Source: Halocafeteria seosinensis (Eukaryota). Taken from it: a stretch of DNA of 55,671 nt. The notes beneath the pieces are model-generated. The model made no database searches. It was not told where the DNA came from and worked only from the letters and a program-made list of their open reading frames with translations. The stretch covers positions 1 through 55,671 of the forward strand of contig LVLI01000193.1 of the NCBI GenBank assembly GCA_001687465.1. The letters run 5' to 3'. The position numbers and the translations under genes are program-made. Below are positions 36,174 to 48,047 of this stretch, piece after piece. Each line of letters opens with the position of its first letter. Within the stretch, counting starts at the first letter, position 1.

Positions 36174-38863
36174 TCAAACCGCATTGCCTATGGGCAGCTG
36201 AGCTTCGAAGAGCTCAACAACTTCCGAGGCCAACTGGCTTACTTTTGAGTTAGAATTTTGCCTCATCGAAAGCGCTTTTTTGTAAACCGAAACAAACCCA
36301 TCAAAGGCATCCTGGCACTTTTGTACTCTCTCTTCTCCAGCTACGTCAACTCCAAGATAAGGAGCACCGCCGGAGCTCAAAGTTGACGCAATGACGGTTC
36401 CAAAACTCTTGCAAAGAGAGAAGGACGTTTTCAAGGCGACTTCTTGATAGCTGCACAAGCAACAAACAACTAAGTTCTCTAAGGGAGCAAACAAAGAGCG
36501 GAGCGGTGCCTGCTTACTCTGAAAACTTCCTGTTAAGTATCCTCTTAAGAACTGGGAGAGTTTGCGATGTCATATCAAGACTCATACCGCTTCCAGACAA
36601 ATGAGCCACACGAAGCACGTCAACGATCACTGAATGGTCATTGCAGCTTTGTAGGTACTCCACAACGCCTGTACATACATATATGCATCCATTTTCAACC
36701 TGCATGATAGTATGGCTTCGCGTGTTCTGTAACCTACCAGTAAGGTCACCAGCGGTCCAAAGGTTTGCAAGCGTCCGGATCGACATCAGTCGCTCGCTCA
36801 ACACGGGAACACAAGACTCTTTACTCTCCTCAGATTTGTGCAATATCTCATCTACTGTTTGATTAGCACTTTTCTGTGACGGCTGATTGACTTGCTGAGC
36901 TGCTAGACTTGGTTTCCGCTGATTGTGTGCACGTAATCGAGCATCTCGCCGATTTACAGCTTGCATCCCTACTTTTCCACCGAGACTGGCCACCACAGCT
37001 GTCGCTTGGAGTCCAGGAGAGGTCTTGGGAAGAAAATCTCTAACGTTGAGGCCTATAGGTTTTTCTCTTCGGGAAGGGATCAAGCGCTGGCGGCTCCATT
37101 TCTGAATTGGCTTCGTCCTAAACGCCTCGTGCTTGCCAATTTCACCACTTGAGGGAGGGTCTTTGGGCGATTGTTCCGGTCTATTCGATTTTTCCGCCGC
37201 CGAAACATCGACCGAGGTTTTTCCTTCATCTTCAGCATCCTTTTCCTCGTCCACACTGCTTTCTATCGAATGATCGTCTTCCCCAGGAGCACCTAAAAGT
37301 GAAGGATCAATTTTATCGCCTCCCATTTTGCTTTTCCCAGCATCATGTTGAGGATGGACCTCTGTTTCACGCAAGTTTCTAGTTCCATTCGTGTTTAATA
37401 GGAAAGGCCGTACACGCTGTACCATGTAAAAAGTAGACACACTTATGTCAGCCAAGCCAAGCAAACCAAAATAAGGAAACGTACCATCATATCGGCCCCC
37501 CATATTGAAACGACACTGTTCGTGGAGCCAACGCCTAACATATGCAAATGGTATGGTAGCCCCGACTGTGTCTCTTGACTTGTTTTCCGTTTCGTAGCAC
37601 CTATCCACACATCCTGTAAATTTGACCATTGAACCACTACCTCATCCAGTAAAGGAATCGTCCCTTGTTCATCATTATCTTGGGTCTGGTAACGAGCAAC
37701 ATCCCAAACTCGGAATTTATCTTCTGATACTCCCAATAGAACAACCTCATGTTCCTCTACTTCTTCTTTGGCAAATAGTTCTGGGGGAGACTCAGCGAAA
37801 CGTAACAAATGAATACCCGCGGGTGAGTCCATCGCACAGGCGCACAAGCTCTTCAATTCCTGGAGCTCATAAACTTGAATCACACCGGAAGTATCCGCAG
37901 AGGCTGCATGACGATAGCAAAACGCCACGACTTCATCCAAATAGACTTTCACGTGCGCAACAGTATAAACGTACCCAAGACAAACTCGGTCGGGTGAAAA
38001 CATATCGTTTGTACGGGTGCCCGATGATTGCGAAATGTATGGACTATTTCTCCCTTAGTTAAGTCCCACACCTGTTAGCAAATATCATACAGATACAGCG
38101 AATTCCCATCAACAAGAACATGCGCTTCTACGAACCTTCAGTTGACAATCGCCACTGCCTGTGACCAACCACCGACCGTCCGGGGAGAACCTCACTATTG
38201 TGATAGGACCTTCATGCTCACAAGCAACTTGGAACTCTTGCTTTGTTCGTGTGTCAAACACCTGTAGCTTAATATGACCATGCTTCTTATTTATCATGAT
38301 AAATAATGAAATGTGAGGGCATACCTTGACACGATTATCTTTGGTTCCGCATCCAATGAGGAATGGATTCAGTGGATGCCAGTCTACGCACGTCACAGCA
38401 GCTTGACTAGCCGATATAGATCTCACCTCTGAATCCAATGTTACGACAAGCTCTAAGTAGTGTTCCACACGAGAATCTGGTCAGTTGGCCAATGCAAGAA
38501 TGAGTTCCACTTACGTTTCCATTGCTGTAAATCATAGAGTCGTAGCTGCCCTCGACTGGTCCCAACCAGCAGTTTATGCTCATAATGATCGAATCCGATA
38601 ACTGTAGGCACGCTATTGTTGGAGTTTCGGATGTGTAAGTGGCCCAATGCCGCCTGGCGGCCAATTTTCCACAGCGTTATTACCCTCCCGGAGGCCGACG
38701 CTGTGGCCAAGAGCTGCCCAGATGTTGGTCCAATGGCAAGTGCGGCTACTGCTCCTGTATCCCCAGTCACACTATCCTGAGGGCCTTCCTGGTCCTCATC
38801 ATACGCAATAAACTCATGAATTTTGAATGTGCATCGCCGGTCATCTTTAGGCTCCGATGTCAT
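36174..38863 (-). CDS. KATNB1: Katanin p80 WD40 subunit B1, multi-exon
   Basis: Spliced WD40 repeats (KIHEFIAY, LWKIG, VDWHP, VRFSPDGRWLVTGSGD|VWDL, ICFHPTEFVL|ASAD), a low-complexity linker and a con80-type C-terminus (VLSERLMSIRTL, DHSVIVDVL, FGTVIASTL, GVDVAGEERVQKC). GT-AG introns join the track ORFs. Confidence 0.9.
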
Positions 38864-39367
38864 TCTTTCCCGTTCCAATCGTTGGCCACCGCCGAGCTAA
38901 TCAACTAGTGCATAGAATACACTACTTGTATACCAATTTTCACCACTATTCCACCCCGGGATCGCTCCGGAAAACGCCAAACAACCTGCTCTCTTCCTGA
39001 GCGCTAGGCGCCCCTAGCCTCTACTACTTCAACCGACGAAATGATTGTCGCCTAAACGAAAAGATTGACATGTTGCTACCGGGGGTGCGTTTTTCCCGGC
39101 AGGCGAAGGGGGATGTTCTACCTGGTCTTCTTGGTCCTATACATGAGTCTAGCTCCATTCTACATCCGTGTGTATCGTTTGTTAAACAGTTTGTGTCGTC
39201 TCCGACCGTCTGCGCAGCCGTTAACCCTTTCCGGGAGGCATAGTGTAGTGCACACGGGAAGATTTTCTTCGGTCTTGGGTCCTCTTGGACGCGTTTTGCA
39301 TGGTCTAGGCTCCTCTTTGTCTGTAAGCATACCCCCAGTACCGCAGGTGAGGTGACTCGCAGCTGCC

Positions 39368-42300
39368 ATGGCTTCCTTGCCATCCAATACACACGGAGGA
39401 GAAGAAGGAGGAGGAGGTGCAGCCTCCTCCTCTGGCACCACCACCACGACCGCATCGTCCGAGGCGATTAAGAGCGCGATACAGCAGATGGCGGATGTGT
39501 ACGACTTTACACGTACTTCGGAACAAGAGATTCTCACCGGACTGCAGCAGAAACTGGGAACTCAGCTGGATGCGTCCTCCATTCGAACGGCCAAACGGCA
39601 TATTGCCTCGGTAGCACGAACGCAAGAAGCAATGAACCCGCCGACCTTACACTCAGCCCAACATCCTCAGAATGCCTCGCAATCTGCTGCAACGTTTTCG
39701 CGTTACACTTCGACTCAGACGGACCAACTAGGTGGCACAGGTGCCCAATACCCCTTCGACGTTTTGGGGGCACCGTTTGCAAACGAACAAGATTTTACAC
39801 ACCCGTATTTCGCGAACTTTGGACAGTTAAACGCGGACTCACTAGAACCCATAGTCGAGTTGCCACCGCCACTTCAAGCATATTTTGAACGCTCGTCGAT
39901 GCCTTTGAACCAGGTAAGCACATGCAGTGTCGTTGTTTTGATTCTTCTGTAAAACTTCACAACCGACGTACTCCAGGTGGTGGATGGCATTGTGCGCTAC
40001 ATTGACGAGCATGCGTTACCTTGCTCGAGGGACGAGGTACAGTTGGATAGTTTTTTAGCATCGTGCTTGCAACGTAGCACTCTTCGTCTTCGCGATATCT
40101 CTCTTGTCGTGTATGATGCTCTGGTTGGCATCCAAATACGGCCCCCCTTCGACCAAATGCCAAGTTCCCATTCCGACTCGTTTTTCGAGTCGTCCGCATT
40201 AGGGGCCCAGGCGACGCCGTATGCTGATGAACCCTCCGCTTCAGCCCTTGCAACAAAGACAAAGCAAAAAAGCAAACGCTCGAGAACTACAAAATCAAAG
40301 TCGGCTAGGAAGCCCTCAGTCCCGTCAAACGCCTACCTGGAGGAAAACGCAGAACCACCGCCAAAGCGGAAGAGGGCGGGAATCAGCGCTAAACGATATA
40401 TGCTATCTGAGTCATTGGCGGCGTTAATCGGGCGCCAATATGCTACGCGAACGAAAGTCGTTCAACGCGTGTGGCATTATATTAAAAGTAAAGGACTACA
40501 GGACTCTCGCGACCGACGGTATATTGTCTGCGATGAGCCATTGAAGCAAGTCACGGGTGTAGACTCGTGCACGATGTTTACACTCAGTCGGTACTTAGCT
40601 CCGCATTATTTTGCTGTACCGGACACTGTTCACTTACCATCTGATTATGAAAGCGATGGCTCAGATGAGTCCGAGACAACCACACGAAATTCCCGTGCGG
40701 AAAAGACTGACCCAAAGAAAATGGATAGCAAGCGACCAACGAAGGGCCCAACCCACAGGAAGGTAACAGGGGTGTTCACCAAAAAATATAAACTCTCTCC
40801 TGAGCTGTCACAACTTGTCCAGAAAGAGTACGCCACGCGGCCGCAGGTCCTTAAGAAAATTTGGAAACACATACGAGAGAATGAACTTCAACAAGCTGAT
40901 GATCGACGAAAAATAACCTGTGATCCTTTGCTGCAGAAGATTTGTAATGGTGCCGAAGAAATTACTATGTTCAACATGCATACATACTTGAAACCACATT
41001 TTCTTCCTGTTCCCGAGGGGGTACAGCTGGCAGTGGATTCCGACGAAGAAGTCTGGAGGAGAATAGACGGCAAACAAAGTGACTCGTCAGACGAAGGCGA
41101 GAGCTCGTCAGAGGATGAAGCGGCAGCAACTTTGCAGCGGCATCCGAGAACCGTACGTTCTGGACTGACCCTCCATAAGTACCTGTTATCCGATCAACTA
41201 GCTGAGATCGTGGGGAAACGTTATTCTACGCGTGTACGTGGTCTGCGGCGTTTGTGGCAATATGTTAAAGAAAATAAGCTACAAGATGCGTCAGATAAAC
41301 GTCGCGTTATCTGTGATGAGAAGCTAAAGGGTCTATTTCAAGGTCACGATGTGGTTACAATGTTCGACGTCAGTCGCCTTCTATCACCTCATTTTCGTCC
41401 AATCCCGGAAGATGTTGACGTGCCTGTTGACTCGGAAGACGAGGAGCATAATGCTCATGTATCGCGACTGCAGGAAGTTGCAAAGGCAAGAGCACAAGAT
41501 GAGGAGCGCATCATGGTCGAGAAAAACGCTGAAAAGAGAGAAAGAAAAGCTTATCGGAAATGGTGCATTCGTCAATTAAAGAAGACAGCTCGGAAGATCG
41601 AAGAGAAGGAGGAAGAGCTACGGCGAGCGAAACAGCGCTTGCAAAAGGGGATGACTGGCCTAATCACCAAGAAATACCAGCTCTCCCCGGAACTTGCGGG
41701 AATTGTAGGCAAACAGTACGCCTCCCGAGGGCGCGTTATGAAGGGGATATGGCGATACGTGAAAGAGAAGAATCTGCAGAACCCTAATGACCGACGATAT
41801 GTTCATTGTGACGCGTTTCTTCAGTCGGTCTGCGCTGGACAACCAGATGTGTCCATATATACAATCAACAGGTATATAAGCCCGCATGTTTCCGATATTC
41901 CGGAATTCGTGCGGGTAGAGTCAGATTCGGAAGACGAAGCCAACAGAACTCGCAAGGAACAACTTGAAGCTAAGATCAATTCAATTTGGGAAGAGCTAGA
42001 ACAGCTGCGGCAAACAGAGGCAGAAATATCTGCAAAAGCACAAGATGCACGTTTATTCGCAAGTAGCTCTTTCTCCAGCGCGCCAGAGCTACAAGGAAAC
42101 CATGGGAAGAACAAGCCTGAGAAGAAGTCTAAGAAGAAAGCATCAAAGGCTCCAGTGCGACGATCAAATTTCAACGTGATGAAACTAGAACTTTCAGATG
42201 CTTTAGCCTATGTGGTTGGAAAGAAGTATGCCTCGCGTAGTCGAACCGTCAAGCGGATATGGGAATATGCTCGCCGACAGGGTTTGCAAGCGGAGCATGA

Positions 42301-42910
42301 TCGACGTGTCATACGCTGCGACCAACGTTTAAAGGCAGTTTTTGGGGAACGTGACGAAGTTACTATGTTTAACCTCGGACAAATGCTTCGACCACATTTA
42401 CAGCATTTGAGTGAGGGATTCGTTCCTCCGGAAGACTCCGAGGACGACGTCGCGGATTCCCATCCGAACGCAGCCGAAACCTTTGGTGAGGAGGATGATA
42501 ACATTTTCCAGCCAGCATCCTCGTCGGAGGTCGGTGGTCCAGTATATAAGTTGTCTCCCGAGCTAGCAGGGATAGTGGGCAAGGAACACCTTTCGCGCCC
42601 TCAAGTCATCAAACATCTGTGGGAGTACTTCAGAGAGCACAATCTCGAGAATCCTAACGATCGGAGGCAAGTAATTTGCGACGAGACCTTACAAAGGATT
42701 TTTGGTGAAAGATCTTTGACGATGCTGTCCTTACAAGGCCTCATCACTCCTCACTTACTTGAGAAATATACTGAAGACAGCCTTGGATTCGACGATGAAA
42801 TATCCAACGACCAATTCGAGTCTAGTTTCGGTTTCGACGGTTCTGGTACAAGCAAACGCGAACGCGCTTCGCTTACGACACTGCAACCCCAAAAACGAAG
42901 GCGTTCTTGA
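39368..42910 (+). CDS. UAF30/Spp27-like chromatin protein: DEK-C-like N-terminus plus six SWIB/MDM2 domains (intron 39914-39976)
   Basis: Six repeats of Y.LS..LA.hVG....R..h.K.hW.Yh+...LQ...D+R.h.CD..L..h....hTMF.h...L.PH. The N-terminal IKSAIQQMADVYDFTRTSEQEILTGLQQKLG resembles DEK-C. Confidence 0.88.
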
Positions 42911-43463
42911 GGCTTTGACTTGCCCCACTCAATGGAAACGAAAGCAAATAATCCAGAGAAAATGAGTGTACTAGAAACCAATGCACTTGCTTTGCATCTG
43001 TGTGTCATATACATATTCTCGACTCTTCTTCTTCCTGTAGTCGCCGGCGAAGGCCACCAAATGCTGCCTAGCGCTACGCTTCGATTCGAAATGTGTCCGC
43101 TTCCCTTCCGTTAACGGTGCTGGCACTGCTGGGACGGACGCGTGTGCGGGTTCCCAGCGAGCATCTTCACAAATGCTCTTGTCGTTTTCCCCTCTTTCTT
43201 TTCACACGAGAAAAAGAATTCGAGCAATATATTCCCCTAGCAGTAGCATGAGATTCCGTTCAGAGCAGGGAGTGCTGTGCGACAGAATGCCGGGGGAGCT
43301 TCGCAAGAGGGATCCCGAGGGAACAAAAAAGGTCGAGCGACGTTCAACGTCTCTTCGCTTTTATTCCTCCATTCCAGCGAGGGTTGATACATGTCAGAAT
43401 CTCCCAACTAGAGAGTGTGTGTATTATGTTCTAGGAGGAAACAAGGAGAAATTAGAACGGAAC

Positions 43464-46400
43464 ATGTCGCATAGCATCCGTCCTGTCAATAGCGCTGCCG
43501 GGGCGTCGTTTTCCGTCGCAACCCGTAATAACAGGAATCCGTCCGATCCCAGAGCCCATTTGACGCGGCGTCCTGCTACTATGACAGGCGAGAGGGGTGG
43601 TCAATTCATCTCTGTGGTTCCGTCATCGAACCAGCAGGAGGACTTTGGAGGAGCGAGGGAGAGCAAGGAGTACCCTTCCTCCGAGAACTTGAACCAGCAG
43701 CAACAGCAAGAGGAAAATGACCAAGAGTCTTGGCATGAGCAATACCAGAGCCACAGGCTCTTATCATCCCCCGGAAACGATGACCAAGATATGGATGATA
43801 CTTCCAACGTGGAGTACTTGGAAGAAAAAGATGATATTGACAGGAATCTGCAGCCCCTTGGGAGCCAAGCGAATGCTCCCGAAGAAACGGATACCCAGAG
43901 TCAAGCATCGACTAACCAGAACCGTGTGAAAACACCGCAGCCCAAACGGATAGACACGAGGGTTGATCTGGAGAAGCATCCGACGAGAGCATGGAGTGGC
44001 ACTGACCTGGCGAATAAGCCGTCAGCCAAGCCAGCCGCCGACGAAGAGGACCCTACCAACAGCGTTACAAAGACCGACTCTAAAGGGCGCCTCATACATT
44101 CTAGAAACATTTTGTTCGCCACTTCATGGATGTGCACTTGCCCCACGTTAGACCCGTTGTGTGGATGTTGCGTATGGGGAAACAAGTGCTGTAAGCAGGA
44201 TGAACGGCGGTTGTTGCTCTCCGAGCATGTATCAAAGTTTATGGAGTATACTCGCATTAAAGAAGTTTTGGCTATATATAAAGGCGGTGTAAAGGAAAAT
44301 TACCCTCAAGGCGTCGGAAGTGCCTACTCGTACTCTAGATATCAAAGTGGTGGATTCTTTACTGGAATGTGGGTCCATGGGAGACAGCAAGGTATGTATC
44401 CTCCGATGAATGACGCCAGGCATGTAAGTGCTTGATAAGGTGGCCTCTTTCTGCTCGAGTTACAGGGCGCGGCGTACTGATGTTCCGCGATGGTTCTTTT
44501 TACGATGGTCCCTGGCAAAAAGGATACCCTCACACAAGATTTATGTCAGCACCTCTTCTCAATGACGAGGCAGGTATCCGTAAGAAACGGCCGCGTCTAG
44601 TTGATATTAATAATCTTAGTCATCCAGCATGGACATATCATTCAACATTTGTTGGGGCGGATGGATCTTATGTTCGAGGAGGCGTATATAAATACGGTGT
44701 CCTATCTGATGCCGCACTACTTCAGTTGAGCGACAGTGCGGGAGTCGTCATTAGGGTGTCACTAAACACGGAATTGAAAAAGCAGTCTATGTATATGCAT
44801 AACTTTCAACTACCATTTGCGCCTACCGATGCGGCTGTGGAGAGGTTCGTCGAAAATCCAAGTGGGGAACGAGGAGCCAGAAGGAATAAGACGCTGCTAA
44901 AGGAAGCACTAGCTTATCACAACGAGCCTATACGAACGTACATCTATCTGTCCCGGCCATGGTTTGCCCTCGGTGCGACCCACTCCAAAGATTTTACTCG
45001 TGGCGATGTTGTCAAATTGGCATTAAAGCTGTTGTTTCCGGCTCTGTTGTGTCTCTCAGCCACGATCGCGGATATCTTGGTGGTGACACTTGCTGACAAT
45101 GACTTCCTTTGCTGTAGTTGGAGCCGCTGGTGGTTGGTAGGTTTTATCGGATATGCGATGATTGCTACAGCGTTTGAAATTATCTCATCGAAAAATCTGT
45201 CTCTCCGGGGGTTTTGGTGCAAGCTGTTCCATATATTAGGAGGTACCGGAATATATTTTTTCATTGATTTGGCAAGGTCGCTAAACATGCGGCGGCGAGC
45301 ACTCAAGCAACACAAAAAATCGAGAAACCCATGGAAAATTCCCTCATCCTTGGATCTATTTTCGGATAGTAGTAGAAAGACTCTAAATGAAGAAGTACGA
45401 GAGCTTTACACGTCCATTCAAGAAGGTCAGAAAGAAGGGACATACCAATTTTCGGATGTGGTAATGTATCAACGATTTTTCTCGGACTCGTCCGCTTTAC
45501 AGAACACGGAAGCCCCGTACTTGCGGACTGGTGTAAACAAGCATACGGTAACGCGGATATTGCTTCACTCCTCTCCAGCTGCCATATATTATTTCCTGGC
45601 GTTTGTACGAGCTCTCGATCAAGACAACTCCGAAAGTATCGCTTTGGCTGCCACGTTACTTGCCATACACTTTATTGTGGGCAGTTGGGCTATCATTGCT
45701 TCAGATATTGGGGAGTTATATAGACGTGTAAGCGGCGCTGCTACCATTGAGCGAGCAGAAGACGAACAATGGGTAGATGCAGTGAAAGACACGTACGGTG
45801 ATGTCGAGCATGAGGCACTACCGCATGATCCAACTTTGGGGGCTCAGCGCCAACTTCCTGCCATCCGCATGCCGTTTTGGTTGTCGCTAGCGTACCGCGC
45901 TACTGAAACATTGACCCGATTGAGTGCAGTAGGACTATTCTCGCTGGCGACGGGGGAGTGGGGAATGCTGTTCTTAGCGGGCTATTGGTTCCTGACTATC
46001 TATCCCTTAGCTCTGATGGCTAAGCCTTTCGTTTCTCGGTTTGATTTGGGTTCATGGATCCATCAATTCCACATTATTCGGGTATCCCAGAAAGTGAGGA
46101 AGCAGACTCACGTGTTTCCGTGGCAGCTGGGTAATTACATACCGATGAGGCGCTATTTGGGTTGTTGTACTCTGATGACGTTTTCAAATGCTTTATCTAC
46201 CTTGGGTAGTTTGCTTGGGCGTCTGACAGTCTTTCCGTATTTCCCTGTGTCTGTCGTCATCATAATTTTCCCCGATTGGTCCCCTTTCTCCAGAACTAGT
46301 ACCCAAATGGAAGGGCCACACCATCGATATCCGGTCGGAAAGCAGATCATGTCGCGCTTGTTTGAAGAGGCATTGGAGCTAGTAACCTTTGGTGTTGTTT

Positions 46401-46792
46401 ATTCGTTTGGCAATAACGCCGTACAAAACGAGATAGTAAGTTCTCCGGCCATTTCTCCGTACTTGGGTGGCAAATTATCGGAGACGAATTTGCTGACGCT
46501 GTTTCTGGTGGCTATAGGTTTGTACGCGGTTAAGGTGGTCATTCTTTGTTTCTACTGGCGTAGCTGTTATAACCAGATGGACTTGTCATTTTGCCGAGGC
46601 TTCGAGCGACTGTTCATGTATCTACATATGCATAACCGGCCTGATTGGATCAAAGCAATCGCTCGTCACGCTGAAGCATTTGAGCATTATATGCCACTGT
46701 CCTCGTTTGGAACCCACCCTCATGCCCCCCATATTTTATCTCGGGAGTTTAGTTCTGGAACACAATCATCAGAACCTAACCAAGTGGTGTAA
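43464..46792 (+). CDS. Membrane protein with MORN repeats followed by an XK-related-like multi-TM domain (intron 44392-44465)
   Basis: MORN-type GFFTGMWVHGRQQG|RGVLMFRDGSFYDGPWQKGYPH across the intron. About 8-10 hydrophobic segments follow, with ADILV, LLHSSPAAIYYF and YRATETLTRLSAVGLF reminiscent of XK-family motifs. The start codon is uncertain: the frame is open from 43173. Confidence 0.72.
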
Positions 46793-47209
46793 GAGTTGAG
46801 AATACATGCTGCATACAGTACAACAGGACATAAATCGAAACAACATAGTCAAAGCGATGGTCTCCGAGAGCATGTACTTCTTGTCCTTGCTAGACGCCAC
46901 TAAACGGTGGCGCTGTGTACTATTATTACCGTGTGCAGTTTCTACCCTACAGGTCCCTCCTCCAATTGAGCAGCGACGCCACATCATCGTTTATTTCATT
47001 TTCTGTTCCATCCACTCAACCCCACACAGGGTGGGTGAGAGTCCTGCTGTTTGCGTACTCATCAAAGAATGACTCCCACTTGAACTACTGTAGGTGCACG
47101 TGCATCTATCGGCATGCTGGAGGGGCTCATCCAGTGCCTCCTGTAAGGCCCTATTGGCATTATACGATAGCCAGACATCTCTCAAGATGTCTATCCATGC
47201 ATCCATCGC

Positions 47210-47638
47210 TCAATACTTGTATTTGGTTGAATAATCGACGGGCGAGACCACAAGTCCTCGTCCTTTCCTGGCGCCTCGATACACTGTTTCGATGATGTCA
47301 ATGAGCTCCTGTTTATGATGTAATACCCAGGTAATTTTGTTGTTGTTGCCCGTGCCTAAATCGATCATAATGTGCTTATTTCGGTAAAAGAACATGAGTG
47401 TACAGGGGTCATAGAGCTCGTACATCTCATTGAAATCGGGGACTTCAGAGATATCCACCACATAAATCACGGCAAAGTTTTTCACATCTTCCGCTACACT
47501 CGCTAAATCCTCGTCCATTCTCATACACGTGGGGTCATGGTCATGCCCGAAGCGAATCACCACCACGCGGTCTTCCTCATTCACGATGGCCTGATCGACG
47601 GCGTACCCCGTCTTGAGATGAGGCAGTAAATACGACAT
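47210..47638 (-). CDS. TXNL4A: U5 snRNP thioredoxin-like protein Dim1 (142 aa)
   Basis: MSYLLPHL..VDQAI..EEDRVVVIRFGHD..CMRMDE...FNEMYELYDP..MFFYRNKHIMIDLGTGNNNKI...YRGARKGRGLVVSPVDYSTKYKY. Confidence 0.98.
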   Translation of the reverse strand: MSYLLPHLKTGYAVDQAIVNEEDRVVVIRFGHDHDPTCMRMDEDLASVAEDVKNFAVIYVVDISEVPDFNEMYELYDPCTLMFFYRNKHIMIDLGTGNNNKITWVLHHKQELIDIIETVYRGARKGRGLVVSPVDYSTKYKY

Positions 47639-48047
47639 TCTAGCTTGTTTACGGAGTAAACTACACCTATGCTGCCTACCTCCCAAATTCTTCGGTTTCT
47701 TCGAGGACGTGGAATCTAACAATCCACTCACTCCCGGGGCAACTAACACTGTAGGGCTCACCTAACTGTGAGGGTGGCGCGGATATACAGTATACTCCAA
47801 CCAGAAGCAGTCGTGACTGGCCCAAAGTTTCTAGCCTAAGAAGGACCCATTGGAGTATGTTTCTTGCACTGTTCCACAAAACTCCGCACAGGGCACAGTA
47901 TGAAAAAAGTTGTGCCGCGGCGGTACACGTACGTGATGTGGCACAACCTCAGAGTGTATTGAGCTAAATTCCTGCTACTCTACTCACGGCAGCCTGATAC
48001 ATACATAGTCACACCACAGAATGCGCAACGTCGTCATACTGCTATGC

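Noticed and set aside
30236..38863. ULK4 and katanin p80 adjacency as a functional microtubule gene cluster
   Set aside because: Two neighbouring genes in a gene-dense eukaryotic genome are readily explained by chance, and there is no synteny evidence here.
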